Assembly: GCA_002773795.1 (NCBI GenBank)
Contig: PFAD01000018.1
Location: 26,023 to 90,022 of the forward strand
DNA length: 64,000 nt
Source: Chlamydiae bacterium CG10_big_fil_rev_8_21_14_0_10_42_34
GTDB taxonomy: Bacteria; Chlamydiota; Chlamydiia; Chlamydiales; SM23-39
Direction of reading: 5' to 3'
Shown here: one piece after another, positions 38,826 to 49,920 of the stretch
Layout: the number at the start of each line of letters is the position of its first letter
How positions within the stretch are numbered: position 1 is the stretch's first letter
Program-made: the position numbers and the translations under genes
Notes under the pieces: generated by a model
Database searches by the model: none
What the model was told of the DNA's origin: nothing
Seen by the model: only the letters and a program-made list of their open reading frames with translations

Positions 38826-41354
38826 ATGGACATCAATGATCAGGCTGACTCTTTAGTTCAAAAAATCAAGCATCTAATCATCACTTCAAGCGGCCACACT
38901 TCTTCGGTGGCTACGATGGAAGAGTTTTATAACTCTTTTTGCTTGGCCCTTCGCGAAGAGATCATGATCAATACAAGTGCAACCATTGATACGATCCAAT
39001 TTAAAAAACCCCGCATGATTAACTTCATATCGATGGAGTATTTGCCAGGAAGATTGCTCTTTAACAACGTTTGTAACGTCCGCGCCCAAGAACTCGTACT
39101 TGCAGTTTTAAAGAAAATGGATCGCAATCTAAGCGATCTTGTTGCATGCGAAAGCGATCCTGGTTTGGGAAATGGTGGTTTAGGGCGCCTCTCTTCTTGC
39201 TTTTTAGATTCTTTGGCCACGCTCAATTATCCTGCCCGCGGATATGGTCTTCGTTATCAGTATGGAATTTTTGAACAAGAAATTTGGAATGGAGTTCAAG
39301 TAGAGCGTCCCGATTGCTGGCTCTTAAATGAAGATCCTTGGGAATCGAGAAGAGATATTTTTTCTGTTGGAGTCCATTTTCGAGGCAAGCCTGTTCATGC
39401 GACAAATAAGCACGGCGAAGACGTATATCTGTTGGAAGATTTTGAAGAGGTCAGAGCTCTTCCCTATGACGTTCCCATCATTGGGTATTCTGAAAAAAAC
39501 AACTACAGCTCTCTAATCTTACGTCTTTGGTCGACAAAAGACTCTCCGAGAAACTTCCTTTTACAAAAATATAACGCAGGATTTCTCGATCAAGCATCGG
39601 AAAACACCTCCTTAACAGACGTTCTTTACCCAAACGACAACAACGAACTGGGAAAAAGAGTTCGTCTTAAGCAAGAATTCTTGCTCGTTTCAGCATCCCT
39701 TCAAGATATTATCCGTCGCCATCTAAATGTATATGGAGATCTATCCAATTTTGGAGATAAAGTACGCATTCAAATCAACGACACACATCCCGCACTCATC
39801 ATCGCTGAGATCATGCGAATGTTCACTAAAAGCTACAACTTTTCTTGGCAAAATGCTTGGGACATCTGTCAAACATGCTGCAGCTATACCAACCACACAA
39901 TTCTCAAAGAGGCTCTAGAAGAGTGGAACGAAGCCCGAGTAAGCGAGCTCCTCCCGAGACAATATCAAGTGATCCAAAAACTCAATTTAGAACTTTGTAA
40001 ACAGATTCGGGCAAAATATCCAAATGACGAAGATCGAGTGAGGCGCTCTTCTATCATTGAAAATGGACAAATTAAAATGGCCCACTTGGCCATTTATGGC
40101 TCTCATAAAATAAATGGAGTAGCAAAACTCCACTCTGAAATCTTAAAACAGAGCGTTTTCAAAGATTTCTACGAGCTTTATCCAGATAAATTTACCAATG
40201 TTACTAACGGAATCACACAAAGACGCTGGGTTCTGAACTCAAATCCCCTCCTTGCTGAATTCATCACAAAACGAATTGGAAATGGTTGGATCACTGATTT
40301 CACACAAATTTCTAAGTTATCTGAATTTGCGTCTGATCCTGAATCGCAAAAAGCCTTCCTTGAAATTAAGAAGAGAAATAAAGAAAACTTAATCCAATTC
40401 TTAAGCCAAGAAAACTTCACAAGAGATGCTGAAGGTAAAGTGATCGCCCACTCTCATGTTCTCGATGCAAACTCTCTTTTCGATGTACAAATCAAGCGAT
40501 TTCACGAGTATAAAAGGCAACTTTTAAACGCTCTTCATCTCATTATGCTCTATCAAGAACCTCAAAAAAGAGAGGTTCACAGATTATCTATTTTTGGAGG
40601 CAAAGCCGCTCCTGGATATGAAAGAGCAAAACAGATCATGCAGCTCATTTACGCCATTGCAAGAAAATTTCATGTTGATCCAAATGCAAAAGAACGCCTT
40701 TGCGTAGCTTTTGTTGAAAACTACAACGTATCGAGAGCTGAAATCATCATTCCAGCTGCTGATTTATCAGAACAGATTTCTACTGCTGGTTGGGAAGCAT
40801 CGGGAACGGGGAACATGAAACTTGCGATCAATGGAGCGCTGACGATTGGCACTGAAGATGGGGCAAATGTTGAAATGCACCAAGCAGTTACTGACAAATG
40901 GTGGCCCTTTAGTTTTGGCTCTTCATCCGTTGAGAATAAAACGGCCTATAAGTCTTGGGATCTTTACAATCAAGACGAACAAATCAAAAAAGCTGTCGAC
41001 GCGCTCAAAGATGGAACATTTGCCGAAAGTCCCGAAGAAGATTATGCTTTCAAACAAATTTACTCCAGTCTAACAGAACAAGATACATTTCGCATTTTAA
41101 AAGACTTGCGCCCCTATTACGAGACCCAAAAAAAGGCAGAAGAGCTCTTCTTGAAACCTAATTTATGGGCTGAAACAGCCATTCAAAATATTGCAGCCAT
41201 GGGCCCTTTTTCAGCAGATGAAGCGATCCATAATTACGCCAAAGATATTTGGGGAATCGTCCCCTGCCCACCCGATCTCGAAATCCTTGCAAAAGTGCGC
41301 GACGAATATTCGGAGCACGATCGTTGCAAAATCAGTCGTAACAACGGCTCTTAG
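38826..41354 (+). CDS. glgP: Glycogen phosphorylase
   Basis: LGNGGLGRL, INDTHP, QIKRFHEYKRQ, EASGTGNMK. Confidence 0.96.
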   Translation: MDINDQADSLVQKIKHLIITSSGHTSSVATMEEFYNSFCLALREEIMINTSATIDTIQFKKPRMINFISMEYLPGRLLFNNVCNVRAQELVLAVLKKMDRNLSDLVACESDPGLGNGGLGRLSSCFLDSLATLNYPARGYGLRYQYGIFEQEIWNGVQVERPDCWLLNEDPWESRRDIFSVGVHFRGKPVHATNKHGEDVYLLEDFEEVRALPYDVPIIGYSEKNNYSSLILRLWSTKDSPRNFLLQKYNAGFLDQASENTSLTDVLYPNDNNELGKRVRLKQEFLLVSASLQDIIRRHLNVYGDLSNFGDKVRIQINDTHPALIIAEIMRMFTKSYNFSWQNAWDICQTCCSYTNHTILKEALEEWNEARVSELLPRQYQVIQKLNLELCKQIRAKYPNDEDRVRRSSIIENGQIKMAHLAIYGSHKINGVAKLHSEILKQSVFKDFYELYPDKFTNVTNGITQRRWVLNSNPLLAEFITKRIGNGWITDFTQISKLSEFASDPESQKAFLEIKKRNKENLIQFLSQENFTRDAEGKVIAHSHVLDANSLFDVQIKRFHEYKRQLLNALHLIMLYQEPQKREVHRLSIFGGKAAPGYERAKQIMQLIYAIARKFHVDPNAKERLCVAFVENYNVSRAEIIIPAADLSEQISTAGWEASGTGNMKLAINGALTIGTEDGANVEMHQAVTDKWWPFSFGSSSVENKTAYKSWDLYNQDEQIKKAVDALKDGTFAESPEEDYAFKQIYSSLTEQDTFRILKDLRPYYETQKKAEELFLKPNLWAETAIQNIAAMGPFSADEAIHNYAKDIWGIVPCPPDLEILAKVRDEYSEHDRCKISRNNGS

Positions 41355-41415
41355 TTCCCATATAAAATATTATTTAAGCTAATTGCCGTTTTGAGCTAGT
41401 CTTCTCATAATAGCC

Positions 41416-44400
41416 ATGATGAAAAACTATACCCGAATTCTTTTCCTATTTGCAGCGACAAGTTTGCCCCTCTTTAGCAAGCCTACGGGGATGAACTTAA
41501 TTCATGGTCAAGCAGGACCTGTTCAATCTGACACTGAAAATAGTTGGATTATTGAAACGGGAAAAAAAACCATATTGGAATGGGATCAGTTTTCCATTGG
41601 GGCAAATGAAACATTCACCTTCCTGCAAAAAGATCTCGATTCATCGGTTTTAAATCGGATTGTAGGTCAAAATTCAACTGAACTCTTAGGCGCTTTGCTT
41701 TCAAACGGAAATGTCTTTGTCCTTAATCCAAATGGCGTCTTAATCGGACCGAATGCGAAAATTGAGTGCGCAAGCTTTATCGCATCTACTTTAGATGTTC
41801 TCAATGCTGACTTTCTCAACTCAACAAGCATGCTTTTTTCTGGAAAAAGTAAAAGCTCTATTCAGAATTTAGGAACAATACAGTGCCCATCAGGTAAGAT
41901 TGCATTACTAGCAAGATCTGTTAAAAATCAGGGCACCTTAAGCGCAAAACAGGTGGGAATTGCCGCATCCTCTGAGATTTTACTCAAACTCGATGAAGGC
42001 TCTGGGATGATTTGTCTTCCGATTCACTTAAGCGCTGAAGAAAGTGATGAGCCTTCCATTGTAAATGAAGGAGAAATTCACGCTTTAATCACAGAGCTAA
42101 AAAGCACAGAAAATCCTTACAGCATTGCCATTCAACAAAGTGGTTTGATCGATGTAAATTTCGATGAAGAAACAGGCTTTGCTCAATTGATCGCTGAAAA
42201 TGGGTGTGTAGAAGTATCTGGAACCATTCAAGCCTCATCTAAAGATGCAGCGGGCGGAAAAGTCCACGTACTTGGAGAAACCGTAGTTTTAAAAGATCGG
42301 GCGCTTATTGACGCATCGGGCAAGACCAAGGGAGGTGAAGTTCTTATTGGAGGCGATTTTCAAGGGAAAAACCCTGAAATCAAAAATGCAAGCTTTGTAT
42401 GGGCAGGCCCCGATACGCAGATTCGCGCAGACGCTCTTCATAAAGGCGATGGAGGTAGGGTCATTTTTTGGAGTGACGATGCAATGACAGCTTACGGAAC
42501 CATCAGTATTCAAGGGGGATCTTTGGGTGGTGATGGTGGGCTTGCAGAAGTTTCTGGGAAAAGACTCACCTACTTAGGCTTTACGGATGCAAAAGCACCT
42601 TTTGGAAGTTATGGAACATTGCTTTTAGATCCAAATGACATCGTGATTGGCGGCGCTGCCACAACTGGGTCATTCAGCTCTTGTCCCAATTCAAACTATG
42701 TGATTGATTCTAGTACTGCGACGAACCAGATTTTAAACACAGCGCTCAATGGACAATTGGGAAGTTGTAACGTAACCATTTCAACGGTAGGCTCCACAGG
42801 CTCAGTCCCTAATGGAGGATCCATTACAGTCAGTAGCGCACTTTCTTGGAGCGCGCAAACAACCCTTACCCTCGATGCCAATTCTTACATCTCCATCACA
42901 GCAGCAATCACAAATACAGCTGCGGCGGGAAGCTTTGACGCAATGAATTTTAGATCAAGAGGTGCAACGACCGGAGCATATCACGGCATTAGTATTACCG
43001 CAGCCCTAAAAGCTACCAATGGAAATATCATTCTAGAAGGATATGCCACACAAGACAACACAGCATTACAAGGCTATAGCGGTGTCTATGTGACAAATGC
43101 GATCACCTCAACTGCCGGGACAGTCAAATTTCAAAACTGTTTAGGTGCGTATGTCAATAATGGGGTTTTCAACGAGGGGAGATTTGAAAATCACGGCGTT
43201 TATATAACAGGAGCATCTGGCTCCGTTATCGGGGCTTATATTACCGCAACAGATGTGGTTGGTGGAACTGGGTACGGTGGAGCCAATTTCGGATTTGAGG
43301 TCTACGACGGGGCATCATTAGGCTCAGATGGAACATTAGGAACGCCCGATCCGATTATTACAATCGATGCAACTGGTGGCACTGCGAGCACAGCATTTGG
43401 AGCCAACTTCGGCTGTCAAATCAACAATGCAAGCCTTACTGTCGGAGATACTGGATCGATTACAATTATAGGGACAGGTGGTGAGGGCTTTAGACAAAAC
43501 TATGGGATCAATTTTTTCAACGCAACAGTAACCATAGGAACAGGTGCGAGTGCTGCAGCGACTGTATCTTTAACCGGAAATGGTGGATCTGGATTAGGCG
43601 GATCGCAAAAAGGGGTTTTCATAGAAAGTACAACAGACCTACTTCTAAGAGGAAATTCAACATTAACGATCACTGGAACTGGCGGAACTTCTTTTGGTGG
43701 TGCAGCAGACAATCAACAGAACCACGGCATTCACATTGCAGATTCAACGGTAGTGATTGGAACAAATGGTTCTAGCACAGCAAATATTACCTACACAGGA
43801 GTTGCTGGTACCGGAACACTTGGGCCTTATCCAGGCTTCAACATAGGTGTAAACTATACGGATAATACAACCACTTTCAATGGTACCGGTTTCGTCAAAT
43901 TTTTAAATTGTTATGGGGGAAGTGGCGGCGATGCAAACTATGGAGTAACATTTACAAGTAATATTATTACAACGACTGGATCTATTTTATTTGATACAGT
44001 TGTTGGAGGAAGCACTGAATCAGATAACTATGGGGTTTATTTGAGTAGCTCAGGGGTAACTCTCACAGCACCTACCATCACAGCAACTGGAATTTCAGGG
44101 GGGGCTGGAATAGACAACAATTATGGTTTTTTTGTAGCTGGAACCTCGCTTTTAGGAGTACTTTCTAACTTCGTTTTAAATGACATTACAATAGATGCAA
44201 CAAGTTTAGGGACTGGAATCAATAACCATGGAATATACATTGAGACAACGACTGGAGGAATCGAAACAGGCAACATAGGTGTGATCACACTAACAGGTGT
44301 AGGTAGTCAAGTTGGAACTGCATACAACAGTGGTGTTGCTCTTGGAAACTTCAACGCATACGTTGAAGTTCGCGGTGGAGATCTAACTGTCAATGGAACC

Positions 44401-46008
44401 TCAGGGGCAGGGCCCAACTCATACGGCGTCTATATGGTTGAAGGATCATTTTATGCAAGTTCAGGCATCATGTACTTAACTGCAGATCGCTTTGGATTCG
44501 ATTACGCCTATATGGCTTCTAATGCAGATATCAATGTTTACGGCCCTATTACACTTTTACCTGGACTTGCGACTCTTATAGAATCGAACACTGATGTTAA
44601 TTTTTATGGTACAATTGATGGAGCCGCCCCCTTCGAAGCTGCTTGTACGGATACCTTAACCTTTTTCCAAGACATTGGATCATCTGTTCCTTTAACAAGC
44701 TTAAGTACGACGTTTGCGACAGATTATCATCTTGGGGGAAATATTACACTTTCCAATGCTGCCATCTCAATGAATGGCTTTGTGACACTTCTTGGCGGCG
44801 TCATCATCACAACAAATGGAGGGGCAGTTAGTTTCCCAAGTACAATCAATGGCGCTCATTCATTGACAATTGCATCCGGAGGAGGGGCGATAACCTTAGG
44901 AGCTGCAATCGGAGGGACAACTCCCCTTACAGGGCTCATTGTCGGTGGAGGAACAACAACGTTTGGAACAAATATTACAGTTGCTGATGGTCCTATCACT
45001 TTTTCAAGTGCAACAGTACTCAATGGCTCGCCAACCCTTAATGCAGGAACGGGGACAATCACGTTTTCTGGCACGCTCAATGCAACTGCTGCCGAAGGAC
45101 TCACGATCAGCTCAACGGGAGGAACCGCTATTTTTAGCGGCGTAACAGGGGGAAGCACGGCGCTTGGAACCGTATCCATTTCATCCATCAAAGATCTTAC
45201 GATTTCTGGAGCATTTACATCAGGGGCAATTACGATCAGTAACTCATCGACCTTTACCCTGGAATCCACACTCACATCAAGTGGAGCTTTTTCGCAAAAT
45301 ACAGGCGTTGGAAATACGGTTTCATCGGGATCTATCGTCACTGCAGGAAGCAACATTAGTTTTGCAGGCGCCTATGCATCATCGACAAGCTCTTCAATCA
45401 CAACTGGGGGAACGGTTGCGGGAACCATCTCTTTTGCTAAAACTGTGAATGGAACAGGCGCTCTAACTTTAACAGCAAATAGCATTCAATTCGGTTCGAC
45501 CGTTGGAAATATTGCTCCCCTTCAATCTCTTAGCGCAACTGCTGCTGGCATTTCAGTCGCTGCTGATTTTACATCTGAAGGAGCAGTTACCTTTACAGGT
45601 CCAGTAACTACATCTGCCCCATTAACGTTCTTAAATAAAGGAACAGGGGGAATTACGTTTTCTACCACACTGACAGCGGTTGGAGATATTCTAGTGTTAG
45701 CGCCCAATACGTTTCTAACCTTTAGTGGAAACATTGTTGCAACCGGAGCTACAGGATATAATGTAACCATTGAGGGGTTAGGTGTCCTTACATTTGGAGG
45801 AAGCATCGATGCAACTGGTGGAGGAAATATCTCGATTACCTCTAGCGGAGAAAGCATTACTCTTGGTGATATTACGACAAGCGGAGCGGGCAATATTTTA
45901 GTCGCCGCTACAATTTCAGATATTACTTTTGCAGATACGAAAACCATCACAAGCGGAACTGGCACTGTAGACATATCCGCTGGAGGACAAGTGTTCATTG
46001 GGAACTAA
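41416..46008 (+). CDS. Filamentous haemagglutinin-like (TpsA) exoprotein
   Basis: Signal peptide; TPS domain (WDQFSIG...VLNRI...NGNVFVLNPNGVLIG); GTLLLDP; Gly/Thr/Ser-rich beta-helix repeats. Confidence 0.85.
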   Translation: MMKNYTRILFLFAATSLPLFSKPTGMNLIHGQAGPVQSDTENSWIIETGKKTILEWDQFSIGANETFTFLQKDLDSSVLNRIVGQNSTELLGALLSNGNVFVLNPNGVLIGPNAKIECASFIASTLDVLNADFLNSTSMLFSGKSKSSIQNLGTIQCPSGKIALLARSVKNQGTLSAKQVGIAASSEILLKLDEGSGMICLPIHLSAEESDEPSIVNEGEIHALITELKSTENPYSIAIQQSGLIDVNFDEETGFAQLIAENGCVEVSGTIQASSKDAAGGKVHVLGETVVLKDRALIDASGKTKGGEVLIGGDFQGKNPEIKNASFVWAGPDTQIRADALHKGDGGRVIFWSDDAMTAYGTISIQGGSLGGDGGLAEVSGKRLTYLGFTDAKAPFGSYGTLLLDPNDIVIGGAATTGSFSSCPNSNYVIDSSTATNQILNTALNGQLGSCNVTISTVGSTGSVPNGGSITVSSALSWSAQTTLTLDANSYISITAAITNTAAAGSFDAMNFRSRGATTGAYHGISITAALKATNGNIILEGYATQDNTALQGYSGVYVTNAITSTAGTVKFQNCLGAYVNNGVFNEGRFENHGVYITGASGSVIGAYITATDVVGGTGYGGANFGFEVYDGASLGSDGTLGTPDPIITIDATGGTASTAFGANFGCQINNASLTVGDTGSITIIGTGGEGFRQNYGINFFNATVTIGTGASAAATVSLTGNGGSGLGGSQKGVFIESTTDLLLRGNSTLTITGTGGTSFGGAADNQQNHGIHIADSTVVIGTNGSSTANITYTGVAGTGTLGPYPGFNIGVNYTDNTTTFNGTGFVKFLNCYGGSGGDANYGVTFTSNIITTTGSILFDTVVGGSTESDNYGVYLSSSGVTLTAPTITATGISGGAGIDNNYGFFVAGTSLLGVLSNFVLNDITIDATSLGTGINNHGIYIETTTGGIETGNIGVITLTGVGSQVGTAYNSGVALGNFNAYVEVRGGDLTVNGTSGAGPNSYGVYMVEGSFYASSGIMYLTADRFGFDYAYMASNADINVYGPITLLPGLATLIESNTDVNFYGTIDGAAPFEAACTDTLTFFQDIGSSVPLTSLSTTFATDYHLGGNITLSNAAISMNGFVTLLGGVIITTNGGAVSFPSTINGAHSLTIASGGGAITLGAAIGGTTPLTGLIVGGGTTTFGTNITVADGPITFSSATVLNGSPTLNAGTGTITFSGTLNATAAEGLTISSTGGTAIFSGVTGGSTALGTVSISSIKDLTISGAFTSGAITISNSSTFTLESTLTSSGAFSQNTGVGNTVSSGSIVTAGSNISFAGAYASSTSSSITTGGTVAGTISFAKTVNGTGALTLTANSIQFGSTVGNIAPLQSLSATAAGISVAADFTSEGAVTFTGPVTTSAPLTFLNKGTGGITFSTTLTAVGDILVLAPNTFLTFSGNIVATGATGYNVTIEGLGVLTFGGSIDATGGGNISITSSGESITLGDITTSGAGNILVAATISDITFADTKTITSGTGTVDISAGGQVFIGN

Positions 46009-48172
46009 ATCATCCTTAATTTTTTGTGTTTGCTGTATTTTCTCTTTATCTCATGCAGAAATTCCATATGCCATCATCGGAGGCCAAAACGGCAGTGGTG
46101 ATTATGCAGCACTGATCCCCTATCTCGATCCTCTTTTATCCATTTCGTCTCTTCCTACATCGGGGCAAATCAATAGCGTTTCGATCAATCCTGTCGGAAA
46201 CTCCATCATCGGAGGGACAGACTCTACCGGTGCATATGCTGCATTAGTCTCATCAACGGGGACAATCACAGCCCTTTCTTCTCTTCCAGATCCAGGACAA
46301 ATTCGAAGCGTCGCAATAGGAGCTACAGGGATCTCTTTTATTGGTGGGACTAATAACGCCTCAGGGTATGGAGCTTATATCTCTCCAATCGGAGTTGTGA
46401 CAACGGCATCGGTGTCTCCCCTATACGCTGTAGATATCAATCAAAACAATACTGTGACCGTTGGAGGACAAAATGGAGCCGGTGCATACTCAGTATTGGT
46501 TTCAATCCCGAATACCATCACCAACATTTCATCCCCCACATTACCCGCAGCAGGAATCATCCGTTCAGTTGCGATCAATGCTCGGGGCGATGTAATTATC
46601 GGGGGGCAAAACTCGACAGCAGCGTATGCTGCATTTATCAATACAACAGGAAATATCACAGCATCATCGATCCCAACGACTGGCAATATTTATAGCGTCG
46701 ACATCAACTCAGGTGGTGTTGCCATCATTGCGGGGCAAGGTGGGTCAGCTGGCACTGCAGCCTATGCTGCCATCTCAGTCATCCCAGGATATACCGATGA
46801 AATTTTGGGCCTCCCCACCACCGGTGTCATCTATGGCGCCGCAATTAATCAGAATAGAGCAGCTGTTATCGGGGGACAAAAAGATGGAACCACACCTTAC
46901 GCGGCACTTGTCTCAGCGTACAGAGAAGTGACGCCGATTCAAGGGCTTCCTTCATCTGGATCAATACGAAGTGTCGACATAGACTCATTGGGGGTTGCCC
47001 TCATCGTAGGTCAAGACGGAAGCTCTCCCTACGCTGCCCTCGTCTCCCCATCAGGAATCGCAAATATCTTACCCAATCTCCCTTCATCAGGAATTTTATA
47101 TAGCGTTGACATTGGAGGGACTTTTCCTACGCCAACAATTGGCCCGTTTATCAGTGGAATGGCAAATCTGAACGCACTTCTTGCAAGCTCGTTTGCACTC
47201 AATAACCACGTGATGATTCAACATAAGCAATCTTGGCTTAAAAAGACGGTGAGAGATGAAAACGTCTCTCTTTTAGTCGCCGACAAGTTTGGAGAAAACT
47301 ACATTGGGCAAACGGAGCCTCAAGCAAAAAAGACCCGCTTTTCCTTTTGGGTAGAGCCTTTTTATGACGCCACGCACCAAAAAACCTACAAAACAACTCC
47401 CTCGTCGAGCAATCAAATTTTCGGAACAATCGCTGGCTTAGACTATAAACAATCAGAAGGGATTGTTTTAGGTGCAGCTGCTGCCTATACGTATAACATG
47501 ACCAAAATATCTGATGGCGTAGGCGACGGAAACATCAACCAAGAAATGGCTACATTTTACTCCTCATTTCAAGGGGAAAAGCTGTTTTTTAACATGTCTT
47601 TTTGGGGAGGGCTATACCAAACCGAATACACGCGCTATAACTACAACATCATCCATACAACCTCGAAAGCAAAAACTGATGGATGGGTATTTTCTCCCCA
47701 CTTTGAATTGAGCACACCATATCGAGTGAATCATAAAATCTTCTTTGAACAGTTTTTTATGGTCGATTGGGTCAACAATTTACAAAAGCACTTTACAGAA
47801 ACAAGCCCGTCTGGATTTTCTCTTATTTTAAGAGATCGCTACTGCTCTTTGCTCCGATCTGAACTTGGCTTTCGTTGTTATCAAATTATGGAGTACGGTT
47901 GGGGTCAGTTCTTTATTGAAGAAAAAATCAGCTACGTTAACCAGGCCCCTTTTTACTTCGATCCAATCCAGACCTATTTTGTGGGCCCATCGTCCAGTTT
48001 TTCCATCTCTACAACAAACTCTTCGGTTCAAAATTTAGCAGGACTAGAGTTGCACTTTTCATTCGTCCCTTGGAACGCAAAAATCCCCTACGGATCGATC
48101 GACTTTCAAGGGGAATTCGGATCGACTTTTCAGTCGTACTTTGCTCTTTTAGAAATTGGACAAAGATTTTAA
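45998..48172 (+). CDS. Autotransporter with 8 tandem ~44-aa repeats
   Basis: Signal peptide, repeats IIGGQ..YAAL.S..G....LP..G.I.SV.I, C-terminal barrel ending GQRF. Confidence 0.8.
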   Translation: MGTKSSLIFCVCCIFSLSHAEIPYAIIGGQNGSGDYAALIPYLDPLLSISSLPTSGQINSVSINPVGNSIIGGTDSTGAYAALVSSTGTITALSSLPDPGQIRSVAIGATGISFIGGTNNASGYGAYISPIGVVTTASVSPLYAVDINQNNTVTVGGQNGAGAYSVLVSIPNTITNISSPTLPAAGIIRSVAINARGDVIIGGQNSTAAYAAFINTTGNITASSIPTTGNIYSVDINSGGVAIIAGQGGSAGTAAYAAISVIPGYTDEILGLPTTGVIYGAAINQNRAAVIGGQKDGTTPYAALVSAYREVTPIQGLPSSGSIRSVDIDSLGVALIVGQDGSSPYAALVSPSGIANILPNLPSSGILYSVDIGGTFPTPTIGPFISGMANLNALLASSFALNNHVMIQHKQSWLKKTVRDENVSLLVADKFGENYIGQTEPQAKKTRFSFWVEPFYDATHQKTYKTTPSSSNQIFGTIAGLDYKQSEGIVLGAAAAYTYNMTKISDGVGDGNINQEMATFYSSFQGEKLFFNMSFWGGLYQTEYTRYNYNIIHTTSKAKTDGWVFSPHFELSTPYRVNHKIFFEQFFMVDWVNNLQKHFTETSPSGFSLILRDRYCSLLRSELGFRCYQIMEYGWGQFFIEEKISYVNQAPFYFDPIQTYFVGPSSSFSISTTNSSVQNLAGLELHFSFVPWNAKIPYGSIDFQGEFGSTFQSYFALLEIGQRF

Positions 48173-48173
48173 A

Positions 48174-48905
48174 TCAGAGGGCAAGATCCCACTTCTTTTG
48201 AAGCTCTTCTAGCGTCTTTTTTCTGCTAAAAGTTCGAAGTGTTTTGTTAAAGATACGAAGATTTGCGCCCTTAAGAGCGACTAAATGTAAACCTGCATCC
48301 GTCAAGGGTGCGCCTACAATTTTAAGCTTTCCCGCATAGAGATCTCCCACATAATTAACCGCAGGGATCTTTGCCAAAAGAGCTCCTTGAATATCTCCCA
48401 TTACAACTGCATTCAAAAGTGCTGTAATACTATTATAGGTACGCACAATCAAAGTTGGGTGTTTTTCTAACACAAGCACAGTGGAATCATTCACAATTAC
48501 GCCAATTGTTCCCTTTTCCATTGCGCTTAGCTCATTGACATTTGAACCCGATGAAACAATGAGAACAGGGCCTATATCGAGAAAGTTTTCGGAAAATTCA
48601 TACTTAGCCGTGTTGTATTCATAAGGAGGCATAGATGTTAAAATGGCCTCATATTTTTTTTTGTTCAAACCATCTACAAGTGTATCCCAGTTGGCCTGAA
48701 TCAATTCGAAGTCCATCCCACTATAGCGCGACATCTCTAAAAGCATCTCTTCCGTGTAGCCATTGACATACGCGTTTTGAGCGCCGAAATCTAACGGGTA
48801 CCAATATGGATCTACCCCAACTTTCATCTTGCCGCCAAAGCTAGAGCTTCCACAACTGCACCCACACGCAAAAAGAGCTAAAATAAACAGACGTATTAAA
48901 TACAT
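48174..48905 (-). CDS. Amino-acid ABC substrate-binding lipoprotein (SBP_bac_3, FliY-like)
   Basis: Lipobox LFAC; KVGVDPYWYPL...WDTLVDGLNKKKYEAI. Confidence 0.8.
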   Translation of the reverse strand: MYLIRLFILALFACGCSCGSSSFGGKMKVGVDPYWYPLDFGAQNAYVNGYTEEMLLEMSRYSGMDFELIQANWDTLVDGLNKKKYEAILTSMPPYEYNTAKYEFSENFLDIGPVLIVSSGSNVNELSAMEKGTIGVIVNDSTVLVLEKHPTLIVRTYNSITALLNAVVMGDIQGALLAKIPAVNYVGDLYAGKLKIVGAPLTDAGLHLVALKGANLRIFNKTLRTFSRKKTLEELQKKWDLAL

Positions 48906-48960
48906 AATGTATAGCCATCATATCCAAGAAAAGATTAAAATGAATTCAAATATTGGGAAT

Positions 48961-49920
48961 ATGTCAAACACCTATCCTATTTTGCTTGTCAACTTTGGGG
49001 GGCCACGAAACCTTGATGAAGTTGCCCCATTTTTAAAAGAGCTGCTCTGCGATCGCGATGTGATCAGAACTCGCTTTCCCAAGTTCTTTCACAACTGGCT
49101 TTTTAGTCGCATCGCTCGTAAAAGAGCGACAAAGGTCAAAGAGGACTATGAGCTCATTGGAGGCGCCTCTCCTATCTACTTCGATACAGAAAATTTAGCA
49201 AAAGCTCTTTCGGAAAAGCTCCAAGTAGAGGTCCTCACATTTCATCGCTATTTGCCCGCAACACATGCTGCGTCTATTGAAAAAATGAAGAAAGCCAAAG
49301 AGCTCAAAGTCCTTCCCCTATTTCCCCAATATTGTAGCGCAACGACCGGAAGCATCGCCCGATTTCTCTCGCATTTGCCTCCCAACAAACTCAAATGGAT
49401 TAAATCTTACGCAAAACACCCTGCTTTCATCAAAGCATACCAAAAACGGATCGCCAACTTTTTAACTGAAAAAGGGCTTAAAGAAGAAGACACAGTCCTC
49501 TTTTTTTCAGCGCATGGGGTTCCGAAAAGTTTTATTCAAGAGGGCGACATCTATGAGTCGGAATGCATCGATTCATTTAATGAAGTGATGAAAGCCTTTC
49601 CGAAAACACTTGGCAGGCTTTGCTATCAGTCTAAATTTGGTAGAGGCGAATGGCTTCGACCCTACACCAATGAGGCATGTGATGAGATCTGCAATTGGAA
49701 TGAAGGGAGAAAACAGATCGTCTTTATCCCAATAAGCTTTACCTCAGATCATATTGAAACACTTTTTGAAATTGAAAAACTCTACTTGCCGATCATCGAG
49801 TCAAAAGGACTCAACGCGTATCGATGTCCGGCGCTAAATTTAGAATCTTATTGGGTTGATGCTCTTTTAGAAATTGCGCAAGGACCCGCTGTTTTGAGCA
49901 GCAAATCACTGATTCGTTAA
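48961..49920 (+). CDS. hemH: Ferrochelatase
   Basis: LLVNFGGP, GGASP, LPLFPQY, FSAHGVP, SFTSDHIETLFEI. Confidence 0.93.
   Translation: MSNTYPILLVNFGGPRNLDEVAPFLKELLCDRDVIRTRFPKFFHNWLFSRIARKRATKVKEDYELIGGASPIYFDTENLAKALSEKLQVEVLTFHRYLPATHAASIEKMKKAKELKVLPLFPQYCSATTGSIARFLSHLPPNKLKWIKSYAKHPAFIKAYQKRIANFLTEKGLKEEDTVLFFSAHGVPKSFIQEGDIYESECIDSFNEVMKAFPKTLGRLCYQSKFGRGEWLRPYTNEACDEICNWNEGRKQIVFIPISFTSDHIETLFEIEKLYLPIIESKGLNAYRCPALNLESYWVDALLEIAQGPAVLSSKSLIR

Noticed and set aside
45990-46010. Frameshift fusing the FHA gene to the autotransporter
   Set aside because: The downstream ORF starts with its own signal peptide and no slippery tract is present.
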